Shown one piece after another: positions 14,852 through 53,600 of a DNA stretch of 64,000 nucleotides. Source of the DNA: Paraspadella gotoi (taxonomy: Eukaryota > Animalia > Chaetognatha); the NCBI GenBank assembly GCA_051294375.1, contig CM119271.1, positions 2,725,611-2,789,610 of the forward strand. The letters are read 5' to 3'. Made by a program: the position numbers and the translations under genes. Under the pieces are notes generated by a model. That model was given only the letters and a program-made list of their open reading frames with translations, searched no databases and had not been told where the DNA came from. Positions within the stretch are counted from its first letter, which is position 1. Each line of letters begins with the position of its first letter.

Positions 14852-15590
14852 TCGTACACGCACGAAACGACATCAAAATTTCGCGGAACAATTACTACTT
14901 TTTTTCGGTTGAGATCTGTTCTTGAATCGTTTCAATTTGTTTTTCGCAGTTTTTTGGCGATTAAAAATATACATACATATATATATAAAAAATACTTTCA
15001 GTGGAAAAAAAAGTATTCATTTATTGGACGCGGTCAAAGCCTCGTCGCCTTCTTCTTTGTACTTATCTGGAGGCGCGGGGAAGATTAGGTCAGTAGATTT
15101 GTAGATTAGAAGATTAAACATTCTCAGAAGGATTTTAAGGAATGGACCCTAATTTTTACAATGCCGAATTTTACCGTGCAGTGTTACAATAGCCAAATAA
15201 ACAACGATTGTATAAAACAAAAAAGTTAAATTTCAAGGGAAATTTTAAAAAGTAGGAAAACGTTAACGCAGGTTACCTCAAAAAGTCACACAATCGCAAC
15301 TAAATTCTATTTTAAATCCAACATCTAAAAGGCACCGTTTAAAAATCACTCTTACAAATCCAGGAAAAGTTTTAAAATTAATATGAAAGTTATTAAATTT
15401 AAAATAAAACGAATATCGATTTTTTTTTCTCTCTAACTCTCGCAATATAGAACTTAGTAAGATACTAAAAATTGTATGGAACTATTTAGCTTGTCCAGTT
15501 GTCGATAAGGAGAAGAAATCAGAGCTAATTAAAACAACAACAAAAAACAAAAATAATAAAAATCGGATAAAAAAAAACCCAAAAAACAAA

Positions 15591-16327
15591 ATGACGATTA
15601 AAAGTGAAGCCACGCCCACCGAGATTCAAGACGGAAGCCACGATGTATCCTCAGCCAAACCGTCCGTCAAATTTAACTACTCTACCGACGCGGAGTCCGT
15701 CAACTATTCCGTCAGCCTACCTGCCCTTGGGTCGGCCAAGATGACCGACTTCAATTTCGTTCAACCTCCTTACGCCTCCGCAATCGAGTTCAGCAGGACG
15801 AAGGCTTTAGAGTACAAGTCCTCTGCTACGTCATCCGACCCTGACTTTGTCACGGCGTCCCACGAGGCCTCCGCAACGGCGACCGACAAGATTTCTGTCA
15901 CGTCCCACGAAGAAGTTTCTGCCACGGCATCCGACAAGATCTCTGCCACGGCATCCGACAAGACCCCTTTCACGGCGCCCAACCAAATCGCTGCTACGGC
16001 GCCCGACCAAATCTCTGCTACGGCGTCCGACAAAACCTCTGCCACGGCGTCCGACGACACCTTTGTCACGCTCGCCAACTCCCGTTTCTTAATTCGCCGC
16101 AGCGAGAAAAGCGATTTGGTCGAAGCGATCAAAATCGGCGCCGTAATGAAACGGGCGAAGGTCAGCTTTATAACGAAAGTTCTATCTTTAAGACGTTACA
16201 CATTCTGACTCAAAAACTTATATTTTCTTGTAAGAACGCCGCTCCGGAATTCGGCGCCGAGGAAGAGGGCGACGCCGTCCGAAATGACCGAAAGGAGGCC
16301 GATTGGAAATTCAACGATTCAGGTTAA
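15591..16327 (+). CDS. 2-exon gene, ~220 aa Ser/Thr/Ala-rich protein with 8-aa (24-bp) tandem repeats (ATASDKIS-like)
   Basis: Exon 15591-16160 (AAG|GTCAGC), exon 16235-16327 (TAAG|AAC...TAA), phase 0. About 8 repeats at ~15850-16070. No recognised domain. Confidence 0.6.
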
Positions 16328-16917
16328 GACAATAACAAAAACTACAACAACAACAAATACAAAGTTTAAAAAAAAAAAAGAAAGTCAGTATTTTTTTTTA
16401 ATTGTTTTGAAACTGGGGTATTCTTTTCTCAACTTAGGATTGTAAATGTAATATTGGATTGGGTCTGGCCAGTCGCAGTGGACTAAATATAAAAGGAGCA
16501 TATTCTCACATCTTAAAAAAAAAATAAAGAAAAAAGGGGTTTGCAACAATTATTTTTAAATTTATTGCTAAAAAAAAAAACGATCATAAACAATTTACGA
16601 AGACAAAACTTAACAACTAGCTACAATTAACAGAGAAACAGGGCGAGAAGTTTAGGAGCGATGAGTTGAATGTCGAATTGAATGCTCGAACACTTCGCTA
16701 TAATTCGGAAATCCATGGGAACAATTCATCAACCGTCAGAAAAACTATAAAATCTCTGTTTTAATATAAATATTCAAATATAAAAAAAATAAGAAAAACT
16801 AAAAAAAAAAAGAAGAAAATATTCGCAATCTAAAATCGCGTTTAAATTTGAGTAATTGTCTATCGACGATCGCTGCAACCGCGTAACGGATCGCAGCAGC
16901 AACCCAGCGACGCCGCA

Positions 16918-18282
16918 TCACGCCGCCAACAGTTTTACCCTATCCCGCGACGGCTCTAACTCTACGGCGACGCCGATTCGACCATCGTTCGACGCCGTCG
17001 CATTTTCCGCATCTCGATTCCCCGACTCGAGCGACACGGAATAAACTTCCATCTCGACGGCGTCCGGTCGTTCTCCGTCTCCTAGTTCCGCTTCACTAAA
17101 TATGGCGGCGTCGTGTTTGACGCAGCAACTTCCGCGTAATTCGAAGATCCTCAGTATTGCCCAGGCCCCGGCGAAACTATTGACCATCTGCAGGACCAAT
17201 GACAATATGACGAATATATTGAAAGAACTCAGCCAATTCGTCAAGGTGCCTCGATCTCTATCGCGGAACTCGCAGAGATGGATGCCGCGCGGATGACAAA
17301 GACGGTCTTTGATGTAGGAGGCTTCTCTGCCGTTATCCCCAGCATGCTTGTTCTCCCACAACATCAGCCCTGCCAGAATCGCGCCGAAGAGGTTGAAGAA
17401 GAGGCAAAGGTAGAGTTTGACTTGACGGTTCCGCCCGGGACTCGTCGACGACTTGCCGAGAATTCCGGCGAGGATGTAGACCGGACAGCACCAGAGCGGC
17501 GCCCCTAAATTGAGTTCCATTTTGGGCCGGAAGTCGAGGTGACCGGAACTTTCGTCCTTGGCGACTTGGAATAGTTCGGTGATTGCGAGAGTCACGGAGA
17601 TGATCGTCAAGAGAATTTGCAAGTAGGAGAACGCCGTGATGAAGCAAATGTTTTCGCAGTCGTCGTCGGCCGAACGCCTTCTCCCAGCCGTCGTCCTTCC
17701 CGCAGGCCTCCTCGGCGGCGAAGACGGCCTCCTCCACGCCACGTAAGGCCCCCTTCGTTGCTCGTGTATTTCTTGGCAAAGGAAGATCCCCGTCCATCCC
17801 GCGGAAAGGATCGTGGCGAAGGCGACGAGGAGCATTCCGGAGTGGACGGCGACGGCCAGAGGATAAGCGGCGTCGTCGCAATCTATCACCGCCGCGGGAT
17901 CGCTCCCTCTGGCGCCGTAGCAGTGCCAGAACTCGCGCCCGATCCCCGTCGCCAAGCCGACGTAGACGCCGTGGCAGACGGCGACGACGAGAACGATCGA
18001 TTGAAGCGTCAACGCCGTCGCGTCGAGCCAGAGGCGATGACGAAGGCGCGGCGGACGCGGGAGGCCGGCGAAGAGGGTAGCGCCGCCGACGACGCCGATG
18101 AGAGCGCCGGCCCAACCGCCCGTGGTGGCGACGTAGTAGGCGCCGTAGGCGGGGAAGGCCGGGAAGGTGGTGGCGTTGACGCCCAATTGGAGAAGGACGG
18201 TCGCGGCGCCGAGGAAGAGTTGAAAGGCGCCGTTTTTGGCGACGAGTTTGGGTTTGACGTCGGAGAAAGTTCGGCTGCTCAT
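16918..18282 (-). CDS. Intronless ~454 aa multi-pass membrane protein with two tandem MS4A/CD20-like tetraspan modules
   Basis: First ATG at 18282 (the ORF track starts at an upstream TTG). Module 1: GAFQLFLG...TGGWAGAL...CYG...DC...ILSAGWTGIFLC. Module 2: SYLQILL...GAPLWCCPVYILAGIL...LC..LC...MVNSFAGAWAIL..CC. Both show the CD20-like TM1 Q, TM2 GxxxW and a loop Cys pair. Confidence 0.75.
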   Translation of the reverse strand: MSSRTFSDVKPKLVAKNGAFQLFLGAATVLLQLGVNATTFPAFPAYGAYYVATTGGWAGALIGVVGGATLFAGLPRPPRLRHRLWLDATALTLQSIVLVVAVCHGVYVGLATGIGREFWHCYGARGSDPAAVIDCDDAAYPLAVAVHSGMLLVAFATILSAGWTGIFLCQEIHEQRRGPYVAWRRPSSPPRRPAGRTTAGRRRSADDDCENICFITAFSYLQILLTIISVTLAITELFQVAKDESSGHLDFRPKMELNLGAPLWCCPVYILAGILGKSSTSPGRNRQVKLYLCLFFNLFGAILAGLMLWENKHAGDNGREASYIKDRLCHPRGIHLCEFRDRDRGTLTNWLSSFNIFVILSLVLQMVNSFAGAWAILRIFELRGSCCVKHDAAIFSEAELGDGERPDAVEMEVYSVSLESGNRDAENATASNDGRIGVAVELEPSRDRVKLLAA

Positions 18283-18689
18283 GGTCGGTCCGTTGTTGTT
18301 GTTGTTGTTGTTGTTATTGTGGTTTTGGTTATTGTCCAAGAATTATTACTTTTATGTTGACGTTGACTTTTGCTCGGGTCTTAGGGATTGGCGCGGTTTT
18401 TTTTTTAGATGGTTTTCGACGAATTTTCTGCGAAAAAAATTAGAATAGTTTTAGGAAATTATGATTTATAAATGCTAATTTAGTTTAATCAGTTCAATCG
18501 ATTAATCTATTAATATATTAATCAAGTTACTCCTTCGGGATGATAAGATAATTAACGGATTAACGGATTTCCGTACAAACCTTTTTGACGCGCGAGAGGA
18601 AAGTTGTTTAAACACGAGGGAGAAAAGCGAACTCGTCCGATGTTTATACTCGAAAAACAATGAGGTTCGTCGATTTGACCAGTTTTGGG

Positions 18690-18835
18690 TGAACTTCTCT
18701 CATTGGTCGATGGTTTCGCGAATCCGATTGGTCAAGCTCGGCATTGTTGATTAATTTCATTGTCATCGATATAAATGAGTTGAGTGAGGCGAAGAAAGGG
18801 GATTGGTCGAGAAAAAAAAATCGGCCAATCATGGA
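18690..18835. promoter_or_regulatory. Putative bidirectional promoter with four CCAAT (NF-Y) boxes
   Basis: ATTGG at 18702, 18727 and 18802 and CCAAT at 18825, in the ~0.8 kb gap between the divergent starts at 18282 (-) and ~19075 (+). Confidence 0.45.
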
Positions 18836-19074
18836 AGATCCTTAATTTATGAGCGCGTGAGTGCGTGAATTTCACTCGGTAGAAAGCTATGAAATTGGTA
18901 CAACCAATATGTGACAGTAAATTTAAGAAGTTGTTACTGAGTTTACGAAGTTTTAAAAAAGTTAGTTCGAAACTAATCTGAATAAAATAAGTGACGGCGA
19001 GGTTCATATTTTATTTTTAGTATCACGAGTATCAAGTGGCGATATTAATCGGCCTTCGTTGTTTATATCGAACA

Positions 19075-45578
<26,504 letters not shown>

Positions 45579-45952
45579 AGAAAAGAGAAAAGAGGAATTT
45601 TTTTTTTGGTCTTGGCTTTTTTGGTGTCGTGCTTCACGTAGTAGATCGTCGTAAATCGTAATGATATAGATACAAATTATATAAATAGAGTAAGTGAAAG
45701 ATTTTACTGTGAGTGCGAGAAATAAAAATATATCAGAACGACAGTGATTTCTGAGAATCGTTTTAATTTTTTATGTTGGACCGTGGGAATCGTTGAAAAG
45801 TAGCATGAGAAATGGAAATTAATTTTACACCATAACTCCGAATGTAAAATTTCCCAATCTTCATGATATTGTATTGGGATACTAGAGAGAGAAAAGGGGC
45901 TCGACGTCCGAGGACCGTGGATTCGATAACGGCGTCTTACTTTGTCCCGTTT

Positions 45953-46040
<88 letters not shown>

Positions 46041-46249
46041 CGACGACGATTATGAAGACGATGAAGAAACGTGAATTCGGAAATATTTCGATTGATTTCG
46101 AAATGAACAGAATTTTCAGATTTAACGCAAACAAGAAACTGCAAACGTGAGAATCGAGTAAGATTAGGGTGAATTTTAATGTAAAATAAAGTCAAACTAT
46201 TCAAATTCTTTTCGATCTATCTTTTTAATATGCTCGCTCTCTCTCTCTC

Positions 46250-47005
46250 CATCACGCATAAAACGGGGTAAAACCGAAAAGGAATAGTTTTAACGTTTAC
46301 CGCGTTGGAATTCGAGATTTCAGTCATCTTTTCTTCGTTTTATTAATTTCCCTAAAATTTTTTTTTTGTTCGCATACGGAGAATTCAAGAGGATAAAAAG
46401 ACCTTTCAACTGGTTACTGAAATTTATGGATATGTCTCACGGTATGGCCCGCACGAAATGAGAACAGTCTTTTTTGAAAATCCTTGAGAACGTATTTAGT
46501 TGTTTTTTACTTTCTTTCGATAAAATCTGCCTTTTATCATAAATTTAGATTCTATTGATACCGGACTCCAATATTCTGCTGACAATGGTTTTACAGCGGC
46601 AACTATACCTTATCAAGACATTTGCTTTGAAGAAATTTTGAGAGTCTCTCTTCTTTTCTCTCTCTCACTGTCTCACTCTCCTCTCTGATTTTCATCCTAC
46701 TCATCTGCTTCATCCTCCTCATCCTCCTCATTCTTACTAACTCTTTCTTACCATAGAAATGATTTGAATTTAAAATGCAATGTCTAATAAAATAAACCCA
46801 ATCTCGATATTTTGTAATAAAAATCTTTTATGCAATAGTAATAGGAATTAATTGTTGGAAAAAAATGAGAAAGAAGTTAGAAAAAAAATTAAGGGAAAAA
46901 GAAATTTAAAAAAAAAATCTGAAATTTAAAAAAACGGTAAAGAAGATTCCGAAATCTTTTTGTTTACTCGATTGCGAAAAAATATACCCCGTTTTATGCG
47001 TGATG
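46250..47005. mobile_element. MITE / non-autonomous DNA transposon with 21-bp perfect TIRs, inserted in a (CT)n tract
   Basis: CATCACGCATAAAACGGGGTA (46250-46270) and its reverse complement (46985-47005). Both flanks are CTCTCTCTC. Confidence 0.85.
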
Positions 47006-47090
<85 letters not shown>

Positions 47091-47645
47091 CTCTGAGTAA
47101 AAGACTAGTTATTTACCACGTATGCAGATTGCTATAAGATAAGCTAAAGGACAAAATGTCCAAAGGGGACTTATTTAAACTTTTTTAACATTCGAGTTTC
47201 AAATTTTTATCTAAATTTGTAATCAAGTCGTTCTAAATATACACGAACGTAGAGAAAATATAACCAGATAATTTTAGAAAAATATGGGCTTGCATGGGCT
47301 ATCTGTTGCTAAACTAATACAAATATATAAAAAATGATGAGATATATACAAAAATAAATTAAATGAATGATTTAATAATTGAATAAATAAATACAGAATT
47401 AAATAAATAAATAAATACGCTCAACTGAAAATCCCTGTACTGTAGTTTGCATTACATTTTTTTTTAGCTGATGAAAGCATTTTCTTCTAGATTAACTTTG
47501 AGCTTCGACCCCATCAGTGAACCTTTTGTTTAAACCCAATTCACGGCGAAGTAAAAAAAAAAAAAAACAAAAAAAAAACCTTTGAATTTTTCATGACTTT
47601 ACTCGTGTATTAAATAGAAAAACTAAACGCATCGCGATCGTCATT

Positions 47646-49646
47646 ATGATCGAAAAACAGAAGACGCCGGTCCAATTTGTCGTCGTCGTCTTCCTTTTTT
47701 TCTTCGCGACGACAGAGGCGCTGATTTGCTGGAAACCCGGACCAGTACCTTCAGCTGACGGAGCCGCGATGTTGGAAACTCTGGACGAAAAAGCTCTGCA
47801 CGATATGTGCAGTGTAAGGGTTTTCCGTTTAATATATATATTATATATTTCTTTATTAACTTTTGTTTTTGTTAATTTACTATTTTCTATCGTCTTACCA
47901 GTCTTTCAAGTATCAACTATTTTTAATCGGTATTTAATTTATTATCAAGTGATAGATTTTTTCGGTGATCAACCGATCACGTGATTGTACAATTATTATA
48001 CATTACACATGTACATTAAAGCCAATTTAAGGTCTTTTAGTTCCCCACTTTTCTATCTAATATAAACTTACGGCAGGTACAAATATCAAATAAGCATTTG
48101 GACCGTAAGAGAAGGTCGGACCGACGGACAGACGGACAAACGCCGACCGACCGACCCAAGAGTGACTTATAGAGTTGTTTGCGCGAGTACTCGCTGCGCA
48201 AGATGGTAATTCGCCAACATGAGTCACAACGACGTCTCTTAACCAACGCAGAGAATGGATTATCAAGTAGCTTGCCTCTCTCGGCTTCTCCGTCTTTTCT
48301 TCTGATTGACCAATCAGAGAGGAGGCTTCCCTCGGGAAACCGACGGCAGAGAAACGAGAGAGGGAACTGGATCACTCAACTTACCTTCAAGAAACTAACA
48401 TCAAACTATTTGTTATATTGTTATATTGTTTATTGCCTTCCTTTTCTCTGCATATTATTCATATTTTGTATGTTAATTACCATCATCCCAACGTGTTCTT
48501 ATGTCAATAAAGCTCCTCCTATTTCTCCCTTAATAAACCACGCTTACTTCCTTCGTTGTGGTGGCAGCGGTGGGATTCGAACCCACGCCTCCGAAGAGAC
48601 TCTAACTTATTTTTTTTTTTCAGAACAAAACCAACCACGTGGTTCCGACGGAGATCAACTGCGTGCCGCAAATCTGCCCGTCAAACGACATTGCGGGAAT
48701 GAAGGTCATATTTCATACTTATTCTTATTGATTTTGATTTCGATAGCTATCTAGTATGATTTAACGTTTGACTTTCTATTCCTATGCAACGTGTTTATTT
48801 GTAAAGAAAAAAAAACAACCGTTGCGTTTGATTTAGCTCGCTCATCGATACAGTATCTCGGCAGATGCTCTTTCATATCTGTTTTCAACTTACATTTAAC
48901 TTACAGTTAACTTATCTTTTTTTATTCAGTACGTTTGCCATAGAATGAACATGCAACTAAAGGAGAGTTTGGTCGGATATCCCTCAGACCCCTCAGTCGG
49001 CTCAAGGATCTCAGTGACGTATTTGGGTGGCTGCCAGTTGGTCGGATACGATCTCACTAATGTGGACTGCTACAAAAGCGAAGCTAGAATTTTCTTAAAT
49101 GTAGAATGTAAGTTATATATATAATCTTATAATATAATCTTAATGGTATTTTCCTTTTTTCAATATTACTTGAAATCAAGATATGAAATAATATTACAAT
49201 AATATATATCACTCATTAATACTAAATCCTTCATAAAAAATAATAAAATATTAAAATAGAAAAATAGAAAAATATTGAAACAAGTAATTTGCAAATTTTC
49301 ATATATATATATTGTTTGATGGAGATAAAAAAATGCTGCTGAGTTAGTTTACTTGGGTTTTTTAGCTTTTTTCTTTCAAGTCATGACCGTCTTTCTGTTT
49401 TACATTTATTTTGAGCAACACTAAGTGGACCGAAGACTATCCGACATCTGTATATTCTCTGTCCCCTCGGCAGATGGAATCGTCTTTAATGTTTCTCTTT
49501 TGTCCATCTCTCCAACACCGACAGACGTATTGACGGAGTGTTATTGCCAGGAGGACTTCTGCAACGGCGCGCCCGGCTTCGTTGGTTCCTTCGTCGTCGT
49601 CGTCGTCGTCGTCGCCGCTATCTTCGCCTCTTTAGTGAGCCAATGA
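47646..49646 (+). CDS. Ly6/uPAR (three-finger, quiver/sleepless-like) GPI-anchored protein, 4 exons, ~182 aa
   Basis: Exons 47646-47813, 48624-48704, 48930-49107, 49525-49646, phase-consistent GT-AG. Signal peptide (FVVVVFLFFFATTEA|LICW), 10 Cys, terminal ECYCQEDFCNG motif, hydrophobic GPI tail. Confidence 0.85.
48559..48601 (-). pseudogene. 3' half of tRNA-Leu including CCA (reverse-transcribed fragment / extended PBS)
   Basis: Reverse complement AGTCTCTTCGGAGGCGTGGGTTCGAATCCCACCGCTGCCA-CCA is the variable arm, T arm and acceptor 3' strand of metazoan tRNA-Leu(AAG/TAG-type) plus CCA. The 5' half is absent. Confidence 0.85.
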
Positions 49647-51030
49647 AGAACGGATGCATTTCATTGAGATTGAACAATTGTTATTTATTCTGTACATTCA
49701 CAAAAGAAATGCATTTATATATATATTATATAAGTGTCCCTCTCTTTTTCTCTCTCTTTCCCTCTCTTTCTCTCTCTCTCTCTCATTCTCTTTCTCTCTC
49801 TCAATGTATCTTATGTAACGAATTACTAATCTATATAAGATCTAATAATTGAATTTGTTTCCTTCCTCATTGTTTAAATAAATTTCTTAAATAATTATAC
49901 GAAAAAAGCTCGCTGTTCAAATTTCTATTTTATTTTATTTCATCCAATGGAGCTCGTAACAACTAAAATTATCACTTAATGTAGTGAGAGACAGAACGAT
50001 TGTTAAAAACAAAATTGTATTGATTTTTTTTTGACGGGCGGTTGGCCGACGCCGACAACATGACGACGACGACGACGACAACAACAACGACTTCCACTCA
50101 AATTATCCTTTTGATCGGCTGTGAATTTTTGATGAAGACTTCGCTTTGAGGATCCACCGTCAATGGTATTCGCCGCCAATAAATATCGCCGCGCATCATT
50201 TTCGCCGCTGATCAACTTCGCCGCGGATGAACTTCGCCCCTGAGCGCTAAAACGAGTCCCCCCCCCGGCTTAGCGACGAAAACATCCGTACGAACTTACT
50301 CTCTTTGCTGACTTACCCGAAGACAGCTTATCTCCGAGATTTCGAATTCCGTTCCTTCCTAAACTTACCGGATTAAATCCACAACTTTTTCAACTTTTTT
50401 TTTCGGACGAGTCAAAACTTTTCTTACAAGAAATCAGTTCAAAGAGACGAACGGATTTAGCAATCTATATATATAGTTATCGATCTTGTTAAATGATTAA
50501 ATTAATGATAAATGAATGAAGTAAAAAGTTAAAGTTAATATGCCTCGTCGCAGTTTTTATATACCCCTCATTGAGTTTTTAAAAAAATGTAGACGCTAAG
50601 CGATAACTTACAGTTATCTCTCTCTCTCTCTCTCTCTCCTCATTCTTGGCCCCGCGGTCAATTTTTTTATCATTGCCGATCCTAACACCGGTTCAATTAA
50701 AAAATTTAAACAAGTCTAATCTATTATAGAACAAACAAAAAAAAAGCCGCCCTATAAAATCTCGGCGTCCGATGCCACTGCTGACCTTAACACATCACCC
50801 GCGAGTTCACTCCGATTTTCAGAATTAAATCTCGTCGCCATACCATGCCATGCCATGTCTCGAAATCTTCAACGTCAAAGACAAGATCGAGGAGCGCCGT
50901 CATCTTTGTCGTTGGCGTCGTCTTGATCATCATCGTTATCATCCTCATCTTCATCATCATCATCGTCTTCATTCCCAAATTAGGTAATCCCACTTTCCAC
51001 TTGTGGTCGGTCTCTCTCTCTCTCTACTCT

Positions 51031-51064
<34 letters not shown>

Positions 51065-51400
51065 GAATTATTGAGTCAATAGAGGGTTATATGGGCTCGT
51101 TCCTTCGTTTCGTTCGTCGTCTTCCTCCTCTTCCTCCTCCTCCTCCTCCTCATCCTCTTCTCTTCGATCCGCTTCCTGTTCTTCTATTTCGTCGAAAGAA
51201 AAAAAAAACCTTTTTCTTCTTTTTTTTTCTTCTTTCGATTTCGAAACAAAAAATATATCGATTTTTTTTTTTGGGCGCTATTTTCCGAGAGCGATCCATT
51301 TTTATCTTTAATCATTAAACTTATTTTTAACATTAATTTTTTTTTTAATTTTATCTAATCCTCTCACCCTTATACCTTATTAAAGTTAAAAAAATTGTCT

Positions 51401-51439
<39 letters not shown>

Positions 51440-51447
51440 TCTCTCTC

Positions 51448-51520
<73 letters not shown>

Positions 51521-52457
51521 TTGAAAAATTAAAAATTCGTTTGTTTGTAATCTATTAAAAAAAATATTCTGTCGTTGTTATTATTGTTTGTTTGTTTGTT
51601 AAATGCGTTTTTGTTTTCTTCTTCGTATTTGAGAGGAAGGGGGGAGGGAAAGTGGGGGAGGGAAAGAGGGGAGAGGGGGTGGAGGAAGATAAAGGCGGCG
51701 ACAAAACGAGAAGGGGCGTTTTTTTTTTTGTTTTTTTTTTTTTTTTTTTTCTATCGTCGTTTTTATTTTTATTTCGCTGATTTATTTTTTAAATTCCTCT
51801 CATGGATTCAATCGTTATCGTTTGTCTCATCGGTATGATTATTTTTATTTTTTAAATTTTTTAGAATTTTAACAATAACATTTAACAGAAACATTATACC
51901 ACTTCATTGATAGGGAAGCCTGCGAGAGAGAGTCTTGATCGAAAGCTTGCAGGGACCTGCTATTTCATTATCTTGTAAGAGTGATGGAGGCCTTAAACCA
52001 GCAAAGCCTGCCCAAAGTCAGGGACAAGATAGCCTATTTATTAAATGAATTGGATAATTTTTTTATATTGGTTGTACCAATTTCATTTACTAATTGTTCC
52101 CGTTAAATCGACCGAGTCGTTAATCCATACTTCTTTTATCCCTTTACTGTCTTCCTCAATACCCAATGTCGATATATTATATATTATATATTATGTTATA
52201 TATCTACAACTTAAGTCATGTTCGTCTTCGTCGTTCGAAATCGTCTTCTTCGCGCCCTTTCCTCGTCCCCGTCTCGCCACGCCACCCCTTAACACCCCCC
52301 CCCCGGGGGGGCGACAACAATTCGTCTCCGTCACCGAAATTAGGCGACGGAGAAAAAAGGTCACGTGATCGTTCCGACCGACGTCTGTCACGTGATTAAA
52401 TTTAGTAATTTTCTACTTTTGCCTCGAATTAAAGCCTTCGAAGTGTGACGCTGTGGG

Positions 52458-52570
<113 letters not shown>

Positions 52571-53457
52571 CCCCAGTTTTGGTCGGCCTTCTACTACTAG
52601 TTTCGACTCTGTTGGGGATAGAGAAAATCTTTCAGGTATTTCTTCATTTTTTGTTGTCTTGTTTCGATCCAAAATAAACATCGTGCGGATGTAATAAATA
52701 AACGAACGAATGAAATAAATGATTGAAATATTAATACAATAAAAACATATATTCTGATACTAAGCTTTCAAATTGAAAAAAATGTAAAAAAAAAATTTTA
52801 AAAATCGTTGAATAAAATAAAACGTTTTTGTGCTTGAGTTTAATATTTTATTTGTTTGAAGTTTAAAAAAACAACTTTTATGTTTCTAGTCGCGCGAGAA
52901 TATTTGAAAAATGTTCGAAAGTCGTGTGGCTACATGATAATTTATTTATTTTTACATATTTTTAAGGAGAAAATCGTAAAATGAGAAAGCTGCTTTGTTA
53001 GAAGTTTTTTTTTCTGTTTCTTTATTTCTTTCTTTCTTCATTTCTCTCTTTCTTTCTTTTCTGACTTATTTTGTTCGTTCCATGTAATGTTCCTCAATCT
53101 CCCAAAATATGACTTATTTTCTCTTCGTCTTCATCGTCATCGTCGTCAGCTTCGTCAAAAGTGAAGAAAAAAATCTTCGGGATCTTTTTGTCAACACAAA
53201 AAAAAAATTCTCGGACCAAGAATTTAAAAAAAAAGAAGATATTTGACAAAAAAAAATTCTTTTTGTTCTTGACTTTAACCCAAAATGTTATCGATGTACC
53301 AAATTTACCGCCACAACAATAATTCAATTTTTATTTAGAATTTAGGAATTGGAAAAAAGAAAGGAAAAGAAAAGAGAAAAAAAAGAGAGAAAGAAATCCT
53401 ACTTTTTGACTTTTTCTGTTTTTCGATTCCTCGTTTGTTTTTTTTTTGCTTACCTTC

Positions 53458-53600
53458 TTTTTTAGTTGCGCCACGAATACTCGCGGAGCAACTCTATAAG
53501 TCACTGTCGGTCGGTCTGTCTGTCCGTCTGTCCCACTTACGTTAAAAATTGTCATAACTTGCATAATGCATAATGCATATAGTTGGTTGCTCAATGCTCA
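53458..53600 (-). mobile_element. Short HINE-like terminal fragment (family also at 48115-48201 and 22575-22640)
   Basis: TTTTAGTTGCGC...GCAACTCTATAAGTCAC followed by a GTCG/GTCY microsatellite. The reverse complement of this motif is at 48162-48201. Confidence 0.55.

Noticed and set aside
48559-48601. Functional tRNA-Leu gene
   Set aside because: Only the 3' half is present, with no D arm or anticodon.
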